A stretch of 64,000 nucleotides of DNA from a bacterium (GTDB lineage: Bacteria > Bacteroidota > Bacteroidia > Bacteroidales > Bacteroidaceae): NCBI GenBank assembly GCA_963601795.1, contig CAVCGK010000002.1, positions 90,788 through 154,787 of the forward strand, read 5' to 3'. The translations under genes and the position numbers were made by a program. Below the pieces are notes generated by a model. The model had not been told where the DNA came from and made no database searches. It was given only the letters and a program-made list of their open reading frames with translations. This document shows positions 57,191 through 64,000 of this stretch, piece by piece. Within the stretch, counting starts at the first letter, position 1. Each line of letters starts with the position of its first letter.

Positions 57191-58467
57191 TATTTGTTTC
57201 TTACTATTGTCTGTTCTCTGTCAGGACCTATGGAGATGATGCTTATCGGTGTCTCCAACTCAGCCTCAAGGAACTTGATGTAGTTATTGAAAGCCTCGGG
57301 GAACTGTTCCTCTGAGGTATACTTTGTCATGTCGGTCATCCATCCGTCCATTTCCTTGTATACGGGTTCGATGCCTTTCTCTATGTCGTAAGGGAAATCA
57401 CGTGTCTCCACACCGTTCACCTTATATGCCACACAAGCCTTGATGGTCTTGAATGTGTCGAGCACATCACTCTTCATCATTATCAGTTGTGTTACGCCGT
57501 TCACCATGATGGAATAGCGCAGTGCCACGAGGTCTATCCATCCACAGCGACGCTCACGACCTGTGACAGCTCCATATTCATGACCTATCTGACGAATAGT
57601 GTCGCCTGTCTCGTCGAAGAGTTCTGTAGGGAACGGACCCGAACCTACTCTCGTGCAGTATGCCTTCATGATGCCGTATACTTCGCCCACCTTGTTTGGA
57701 CCGATGCCAAGACCTGTGCATGCTCCTGCACAGATGGTATTGCTGGAGGTAACGTAAGGATATGAACCAAAGTCTACATCGAGCATGGTGCCCTGTGCAC
57801 CTTCGCACAATACAGACTTGCCTGAACGGAGCAGATGGTTTATCTCATGCTCGGAGTCAACAAGCTGGAACTGCTTCAGGTATTCTATACCTTCCATCCA
57901 CTTGCTCTCCACCTCGGTAAGGTCAAAGTCGGTATAGTTGAGCGACTTCAGCGTTTTAAGGTGCAACTCCTTGTGTGCATTGTATTTCTCTTCAAAGTTG
58001 TCGAGGATGTCACCCACACGGAGACCGTTGCGGCTCACCTTGTCAGTATATGTAGGACCGATGCCCTTGCCTGTGGTGCCCACCTTGCTGTCGCCCTTCT
58101 GTGCCTCATAGGCAGCATCGAGCAGACGGTGTGTAGGCATGATGAGATGCGCCTTCTTAGAGATATGCAGACGACTCTTCAGGTCGTGGCCACTCTTTTC
58201 CAAGTCCTTAGCCTCAGCCATAAAGAGGTCTGGGGCAAGCACCACGCCATTGCCTATGATATTCACCTTGTCACCCTGGAAGATGCCCGACGGGATGCTG
58301 CGGAGCACATATTTCTCACCAGCAAACTCCAGCGTATGGCCTGCATTAGGACCTCCCTGAAATCTTGCCACAACATCATAGTTGGGAGTAAGCACATCCA
58401 CAACTTTTCCTTTTCCCTCGTCGCCCCACTGCAGACCGAGCAGGACGTCAACTTTTCCTTTATTCAT
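57190..58467 (-). CDS. purA: Adenylosuccinate synthase
   Basis: [31 protein letters not shown]; promoter TAAATTTG at 58511-58518 (minus). Confidence 0.98.
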   Translation of the reverse strand: MNKGKVDVLLGLQWGDEGKGKVVDVLTPNYDVVARFQGGPNAGHTLEFAGEKYVLRSIPSGIFQGDKVNIIGNGVVLAPDLFMAEAKDLEKSGHDLKSRLHISKKAHLIMPTHRLLDAAYEAQKGDSKVGTTGKGIGPTYTDKVSRNGLRVGDILDNFEEKYNAHKELHLKTLKSLNYTDFDLTEVESKWMEGIEYLKQFQLVDSEHEINHLLRSGKSVLCEGAQGTMLDVDFGSYPYVTSSNTICAGACTGLGIGPNKVGEVYGIMKAYCTRVGSGPFPTELFDETGDTIRQIGHEYGAVTGRERRCGWIDLVALRYSIMVNGVTQLIMMKSDVLDTFKTIKACVAYKVNGVETRDFPYDIEKGIEPVYKEMDGWMTDMTKYTSEEQFPEAFNNYIKFLEAELETPISIISIGPDREQTIVRNK

Positions 58468-58784
58468 ATTAAAAATAAACAGATAATTACGCGTTATTTT
58501 ATCTATTGTGCAAATTTACTACAATTGCATGAAAACGGCAAACATTAGTAATATTAAGTAAAGGTGGGTTCTAAAATTGTCCTTGAAAATAGCCTCGCAA
58601 TATAACAAAGCTAATTTTTAGAACTCACCTAAAAAACGTCTGTTTGGCTATATATTAATCTTCCGCGCAACTTTAATCGTAAAACATGCGTCATTTTCAA
58701 TAAGTAGTAGTATCTTAGCAGAATGAAAGAAACCACAGACATAGCGATACGTTTGAAGATTTCTATAATTTGAAATACAACAAT

Positions 58785-59759
58785 ATGAACGACAACTCCA
58801 TAAAACCTATCCTCACGGTGACTGGTTCCGACGGAACGGGTGGCGCAGGCGTGCAGGCAGACATAAAGACCATATCCGAACTGGGTGGCTATGCTGCATC
58901 TGCCGTCACGAGCATCACCGTGCAGAACACTCTTGGCATCCAGGAGTTCTACGACATCCCGGCAGAGATAGTGTCGTCGCAGATAGAGGCAATAATGAAC
59001 GACATGCAGCCCACGGTGGTGAAGGTGGGTATGATACGCAAGGTGGAGACTCTCAATGTTGTCATAGATGCATTGACGAAATATCGTCCCGAACATATCA
59101 TCTATGCTCCATCCATTTGGTCGAGCAATGGCGAGGCTCTGATGTCGGAGAATGTTGTCACACAGATAAAATATCGCCTTCTTCCTCTCTGCTCCATCAT
59201 CGTGGCAAGGAAGAAGGAGAGTGACTCCATACTGCAAAACTCACGGCAGTTGCGAATGGCTGAGAGTGACGGACTCAACGTCTATAGGCTCGACAATGCC
59301 AACTCGCATGGTCTCATCAACCGCTTCTCGTCTGCCCTTGCCGTTTATCTCAGTCAGGGCAGGAAGATGGACGATGCTCTCGCTATGGCGCAGGATTTCA
59401 TCAATGTGGAACTGGTGAGGGAGAGCAGTCTGCAGGGCAGGAGTTCTGAACTCTTCAATCAGTTTATCTCACAAGTGAACAATTTCTGTCGCACTTATAG
59501 CGATGTGCGCTTCTATGCCGAACAGCTAAATGTCAGCGGACGCTATCTTGCACAGGTGACACGTCGCATGTCAGGAAAGACTCCCAAGGCGATTATTGAT
59601 GAATATATAGTGAAGGAGATAGAGCGCGAACTGTCCACCACCACGCAGACGGTGCAGGAGATAGCAAACACTTTCGGTTTCTCCTCACAGGCTCATCTCA
59701 CGAAATTCTTCAAGAAGATGAGGGGTGTCACTCCTTCTGCCTTCAGAAAGAAGGAGTGA
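58785..59759 (+). CDS. ThiD/PdxK-like (HMP/pyridoxal kinase fold) domain fused to a C-terminal AraC-type HTH; putative transcription regulator
   Basis: N-term [32 protein letters not shown]-term [15 protein letters not shown]...[30 protein letters not shown]. Confidence 0.85.
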   Translation: MNDNSIKPILTVTGSDGTGGAGVQADIKTISELGGYAASAVTSITVQNTLGIQEFYDIPAEIVSSQIEAIMNDMQPTVVKVGMIRKVETLNVVIDALTKYRPEHIIYAPSIWSSNGEALMSENVVTQIKYRLLPLCSIIVARKKESDSILQNSRQLRMAESDGLNVYRLDNANSHGLINRFSSALAVYLSQGRKMDDALAMAQDFINVELVRESSLQGRSSELFNQFISQVNNFCRTYSDVRFYAEQLNVSGRYLAQVTRRMSGKTPKAIIDEYIVKEIERELSTTTQTVQEIANTFGFSSQAHLTKFFKKMRGVTPSAFRKKE

Positions 59760-59775
59760 CGCATTATGGGTTTGC

Positions 59776-59810
59776 ACATTCGGGAATGTAGCTTATACAT
59801 TCGGGAATGT
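59776..59810 (+). promoter_or_regulatory. Tandem 14-bp repeat ACATTCGGGAATGT x2 (21-bp period), candidate operator for pdxST
   Basis: Identical copies at 59776-59789 and 59797-59810, each palindromic ACATTC-GG-GAATGT; function inferred. Confidence 0.6.
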
Positions 59811-59916
59811 GCTTTTACACAAACTGACTCATTGTTTGCCATTATCGGAACTTATTTCTCTTGTCTGCCTCACAAAGATTTCCTTTGCAGCCGTAAAACT
59901 AACAAATTATATTATT

Positions 59917-60792
59917 ATGGCAGAAAATAGACAAGAGTTGAACCGCAACTTGGCTCAGATGCTCAAGGGCGGTGTGATAATGGATGTAACTACTCCCGAA
60001 CAGGCAAAGATTGCAGAAGAGGCTGGAGCTTGCGCCGTGATGGCACTGGAGCGCATTCCTGCTGACATTCGTGCTGCTGGCGGTGTGTCGCGCATGAGTG
60101 ACCCAAAGATGATTAAGGGTATTCAGGAGGCAGTGTCCATCCCTGTGATGGCAAAATGCCGCATCGGACATTTCGCCGAAGCTCAGATTCTCCAGGCTAT
60201 AGAGATCGACTATATCGATGAGAGCGAGGTTCTCTCTCCTGCCGATGATGTCTACCATATTGACAAGACTAAGTTTGATGTGCCTTTCGTTTGTGGCGCA
60301 AAGAACTTGGGCGAGGCTCTTCGTCGTATTGCCGAGGGTGCCACAATGATTCGCACTAAGGGTGAACCTGGCACTGGCGACGTGGTGCAGGCAGTGCGTC
60401 ATATGCGCATGATGCAGAGCGAGATCCGCCGACTGACATCTATGGCAGAGGATGAACTCTTTGAGGCTGCAAAGCAGTTGCAGGTGCCTTACGAACTGGT
60501 GAAATATGTGCATGAGAACGGCAAGTTGCCTGTGGTAAACTTCGCTGCGGGCGGTGTGGCTACTCCTGCCGATGCTGCCCTGATGATGCAACTTGGTGCC
60601 GAGGGAGTGTTCGTTGGTTCGGGCATCTTCAAGAGTGGCAATCCTGCTAAGCGTGCTGCTGCCATCGTGAAGGCGGTGACCAACTATAATGACGCAAAGA
60701 TGCTGGCTGAGTTGAGCGAGGATCTCGGCGAGGCTATGGTGGGCATCAACGAGCAGGAGATAGAGTTACTGATGGCTGAACGCGGAAAATAA
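59917..60792 (+). CDS. pdxS: Pyridoxal 5'-phosphate synthase lyase subunit
   Basis: [45 protein letters not shown]; start MAENRQ at 59917. Confidence 0.98.
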   Translation: MAENRQELNRNLAQMLKGGVIMDVTTPEQAKIAEEAGACAVMALERIPADIRAAGGVSRMSDPKMIKGIQEAVSIPVMAKCRIGHFAEAQILQAIEIDYIDESEVLSPADDVYHIDKTKFDVPFVCGAKNLGEALRRIAEGATMIRTKGEPGTGDVVQAVRHMRMMQSEIRRLTSMAEDELFEAAKQLQVPYELVKYVHENGKLPVVNFAAGGVATPADAALMMQLGAEGVFVGSGIFKSGNPAKRAAAIVKAVTNYNDAKMLAELSEDLGEAMVGINEQEIELLMAERGK

Positions 60793-60798
60793 CACATC

Positions 60799-61362
60799 AT
60801 GCGAATAGCAGTATTGGCACTGCAGGGTGCCTTCATAGAACACAGAAAGATGCTGGAGCGGCTTGGCGTAGACTCTTACGAGATACGCCAGCTCGCTGAC
60901 TGGCAACAGCATAAGGACGGACTGATCATTCCTGGTGGTGAGAGTACCACCCAACTGAAGTTGCTTCGCGACTTGGAGTTGCTCGACCCTATCCGCAAGG
61001 ATATATCCAACGGACTGCCTGTCTTCGGCACTTGTGCTGGACTAATCCTTCTGGCAAAGGGTGTGGAGGGTGAAGACCGTGAGCGCATAGCCACTATGGA
61101 TATTGATGTTTGCCGCAATGCCTACGGACGACAGTTGGGCAGTTTCTTCACTCATGCCAACGTAGACGAAATTGGGGAGGACATTCCTATGACCTTCATC
61201 CGTGCGCCATACATTAATAAGGTGTATGGCGATGCACGCGCCCTTGCCACTGTCGACGGCAGGATTGTGGCAGCACGTCAGGGCAATCAGCTCGTGGCAG
61301 CTTTTCATCCCGAACTGAATGATGACGTGCGCATGCATCAGTATTTCGTAAATATGATATAA
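60799..61362 (+). CDS. pdxT: Pyridoxal 5'-phosphate synthase glutaminase subunit
   Basis: [29 protein letters not shown]. Confidence 0.97.
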   Translation: MRIAVLALQGAFIEHRKMLERLGVDSYEIRQLADWQQHKDGLIIPGGESTTQLKLLRDLELLDPIRKDISNGLPVFGTCAGLILLAKGVEGEDRERIATMDIDVCRNAYGRQLGSFFTHANVDEIGEDIPMTFIRAPYINKVYGDARALATVDGRIVAARQGNQLVAAFHPELNDDVRMHQYFVNMI

Positions 61363-61426
61363 TAGTAGATGCAGTGCGTTCTTTTTTTGTAACTTTGCAG
61401 TCGCAACAAAAAGAACGCACTCACCA

Positions 61427-62260
61427 ATGACCTCTACACACAAACTCACATTCATTCCTTCGGGAGGACTCGCCAACCGCATGCGTGCCGTGGCGTCTGC
61501 TTATGAGATGTGCCGACGCACAGGAGCGCAACTGCAGGTGATATGGATGAAAGACTGGGCTCTCAACGCTCCCTTTCACGACATCTTCCAGCATACTGAC
61601 ATCCTTGACATAAGAGAAGCAAGTCTGCTTGACATCATGCTTTATGACCGTCCACGCAGGCGCAACCTATGGACTCCACGTATATTTCAGAACATCATCT
61701 ACCGTCAGCGCATAGACGAACGGCAGGTGACTCCTTTCAAGCAGAAGGGGTTTGATTTCGACGGTTGGGTGACGCAGGAGAAGAGGAGTTGGATGAGTTG
61801 CTATCAAGACTTCGGAAACTTCGACAACGGCGTTTACGGCAAACTCTTCCATCCGGTGAAGGAGATAGAGGATGCCGTGAAGACTTTCACAGACCGCTTC
61901 GGCAGTCATGCCATCGGTTTCCATGTCCGCCGAACTGACAACAAGGAGAGCATTGACAAGAGTCCTCTGTCGTTATTCATAGAAGCTGGCAAGAAGGAGA
62001 TAGCCATAAATCCTTCTACGGTGATATTCCTTGCTACGGATGACGAGGGTGTGAAGAAAGAACTTACCGACATCTTCGGTGACAGAATAATAACACCCCG
62101 ACAGTCGGCAGACCGCAGTAGCACTGACGGCATACGTGGCGGACTTGTTGACATGTACACTCTTGCACGCACCGCCACCATCTACGGTTCTGCCGGCAGC
62201 TCCTTCTCTGTCATGGCATCAAAGATTGGTGGCAATAGGCTCGTAATCCTCGAGAGATAA
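61427..62260 (+). CDS. GDP-fucose-type glycosyltransferase (GT11/GT23-like fucosyltransferase fold)
   Basis: GGLANRM, HVRRTD, FLATDD, SSFS motifs; promoter TAACTTTG 61390-61397. Confidence 0.75.
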   Translation: MTSTHKLTFIPSGGLANRMRAVASAYEMCRRTGAQLQVIWMKDWALNAPFHDIFQHTDILDIREASLLDIMLYDRPRRRNLWTPRIFQNIIYRQRIDERQVTPFKQKGFDFDGWVTQEKRSWMSCYQDFGNFDNGVYGKLFHPVKEIEDAVKTFTDRFGSHAIGFHVRRTDNKESIDKSPLSLFIEAGKKEIAINPSTVIFLATDDEGVKKELTDIFGDRIITPRQSADRSSTDGIRGGLVDMYTLARTATIYGSAGSSFSVMASKIGGNRLVILER

Positions 62261-62261
62261 T

Positions 62262-62345
62262 TAGGAGGTACAGCGCCCTCGCTGTACCAGCACAAGCTGA
62301 AAACATCTAGTGGTTATTGTACGGCGAGGGCGCCGTACCGCCTAC
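62262..62345. repeat. Inverted pair of REP-like hairpins, subtype A (62262-62288 plus, 62319-62345 minus)
   Basis: TAGGA-GGTACAGCG-CCCT-CGCTGTACC; rc GTAGGC-GGTACGGCG-CCCT-CGCCGTAC. Confidence 0.85.
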
Positions 62346-62385
62346 AAAATTGCATAAGGAGGGTCTGTCAAAACAAACATGCCCG

Positions 62386-62433
62386 TTAATACAAAAATGG
62401 CGTGCCGTTACTGGCACGCCATTTTTGTATTAA
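62386..62433. terminator. Long bidirectional terminator hairpin after EF-G2
   Basis: TTAATACAAAAATGGCGTGCC / GGCACGCCATTTTTGTATTAA 21-bp arms. Confidence 0.88.
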
Positions 62434-62447
62434 TAAAATTATTCTTT

Positions 62448-64000
62448 TTACGCTTCTTCTTCCTGCTCTGCCTCATGAGCCTTTATAAGAGCATTCTGCA
62501 AATCAGAAGGCACAAGCTCATAACTTGCAAACTTGCTTGAGAATGATGCTCTACCGCCAGTGAGCGAACTGAGCGCCACAGAGTAGTTGGACAGTTCCTT
62601 GAGAGGAATCTTTGCCGACAGCTTCTGATAGCCAGCCTCAGCGTCCATACCCATGATCATGGCACGGCGTCCCTGCAAATCGGACATCACATCACCCATG
62701 TAGTCAGCCGGAACATACACCTCGAGGTCATAGATTGGTTCGAGAATCTTCGGACCAGCATTCTTGAATGCCTCGGCAAATGCCTGACGTGCTGCGAGCA
62801 TGAATGAGAGTTCATTGGAATCTACTGGGTGCATCTTGCCGTCATAGACAACGACTCTCACGTCACGGGCATAAGAACCTGTCAGCGGACCGCGCTCCAT
62901 TCTCTCCATGATACCCTTGAGGATTGCTGGCATGAAACGTGTGTCAATGGCACCACCCACTACAGAGTTGATGAATACGAGTTTGCCACCCCACTCAAGG
63001 TCTACCTCCTCACGGCTCTTGATGTTCATCTTGAACTCCTGACCATTGAATGTATAGGTAGTAGGATCTGGCATACCCTCAGCATATGGCTCGATGATGA
63101 GATGCACCTCACCAAACTGTCCTGCACCACCCGACTGCTTCTTGTGACGATAGTCGGCACGTGCTGACTTTGTGATGGTCTCGCGATAAGGAATCTTCGG
63201 TTCCTCATATTTTATCTGTATCTTCTCATTGTTCTCCAGTCTCCACTTGAGAGTGCGCAGATGGAATTCTCCCTGTCCGTGCACAATAACCTGACGCAGT
63301 TCCTTGCTCTGCTCTACCACCCATGTAGGATCTTCCTGACGCATCTTCAGCAATGCTGACATGAGTTTCTCCATCTCGGCAGAGTTAACAGGTTTGATGG
63401 CGCGTGAATACTTAGGTCCAGGATATTTGATAAAGTCAAAGCGATGCTCCAGTTCCTTAGCATTCAGAGTGTTGCCAGTCTTCACATCTTTCAGTTTCAC
63501 TGTACAACCGATGTCCCCTGCCTTCATCTCAGGCACCTCGATGCGGTTTTGTCCAGCACAGCAGTAGAGGGTGCTTATGCGCTCCTTAGATCCGCGGTCA
63601 GCATTTGTGAAGTCGTCGCCGGCATGCACTGTTCCGCTCATAACCTTGAAATACTGCACCTCACCGATATGCGGTTCTACGGCAGTCTTGAAGAAATAGA
63701 GCGATGTAGGCTTACTTGAGTCTGCAGGCACTTCCTCACCACGTGTGTTGTGTACGGCAGGCATGTCGCTCACGAAAGGCACCACATTGCCGAGGAACTC
63801 CATAAGACGTCTCACACCCATGTCCTTACCTGCGCATACGCAGAATACAGGGAACATAGATCTTGCGGCAAGACCCTTGCGGATGCCTTCACGCATCTCG
63901 TCCTCAGAGAGTTCCTCTGTGTCGAAGAATTTCTCCATGAGAGTCTCGTCATTCTCGGCAGCAGCCTCAACGAGAGCCTTATGCAGTTCGAGAGCCTTTG
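62448..64000 (-). CDS. fusA2: Elongation factor G paralogue EF-G2 (5' truncated by window)
   Basis: EF-G domains II-V (GQGEFHL, YRETI, KKQSGGAGQFG, HPVDS); insert in domain IV (MPDPTTYTFNGQEFKMNIKSREEVDLEWGG); no rpsG/tuf neighbours downstream; frame open to the window edge. Confidence 0.85.
   Translation of the reverse strand, partial: KALELHKALVEAAAENDETLMEKFFDTEELSEDEMREGIRKGLAARSMFPVFCVCAGKDMGVRRLMEFLGNVVPFVSDMPAVHNTRGEEVPADSSKPTSLYFFKTAVEPHIGEVQYFKVMSGTVHAGDDFTNADRGSKERISTLYCCAGQNRIEVPEMKAGDIGCTVKLKDVKTGNTLNAKELEHRFDFIKYPGPKYSRAIKPVNSAEMEKLMSALLKMRQEDPTWVVEQSKELRQVIVHGQGEFHLRTLKWRLENNEKIQIKYEEPKIPYRETITKSARADYRHKKQSGGAGQFGEVHLIIEPYAEGMPDPTTYTFNGQEFKMNIKSREEVDLEWGGKLVFINSVVGGAIDTRFMPAILKGIMERMERGPLTGSYARDVRVVVYDGKMHPVDSNELSFMLAARQAFAEAFKNAGPKILEPIYDLEVYVPADYMGDVMSDLQGRRAMIMGMDAEAGYQKLSAKIPLKELSNYSVALSSLTGGRASFSSKFASYELVPSDLQNALIKAHEAEQEEEA

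Noticed and set aside
58785..59430. Annotation as a functional thiD thiamine-salvage kinase
   Set aside because: Catalytic/ATP motifs are degenerate, it is fused to an AraC HTH, and no thi genes are adjacent

Overview
This is an ordinary chromosomal segment of a Bacteroidales bacterium, most likely Prevotellaceae. The evidence is SusC/SusD pairs, TAnnTTTG promoters, T9SS C-terminal signals, EF-G2 and rprXY. Housekeeping genes include recR, uvrA, uvrB, recJ, recQ, feoAB, ppiD, lptC, bamD, rpoZ, hisS, purA, pdxST and two tRNA-Asp. An accessory block at about 3.4-26.3 kb holds a GH84+GH109 pair, a beta-glucan-type PUL (SusC-SusD-SGBP-GH16) and a second SusC/SusD locus with no CAZyme. No integrase, transposase, prophage or CRISPR array was seen. 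Four observations stand out. (1) A ThiD/PdxK-like pseudokinase fused to an AraC HTH lies directly upstream of pdxST, with a perfect 14-bp repeat at 21-bp spacing and a non-consensus promoter in between; this is a candidate vitamin-B6-sensing regulator. (2) The CAZyme-free SusCD locus ends in an M43-like metalloprotease that has lost its zinc-binding histidines. (3) A REP-like family of about 13 intergenic hairpins conserves head, stem length and loop while the stem sequence co-varies. (4) A 22-bp-period array of palindromes follows the second SusCD locus. All family assignments come from motif recognition by eye; no database searches were run.
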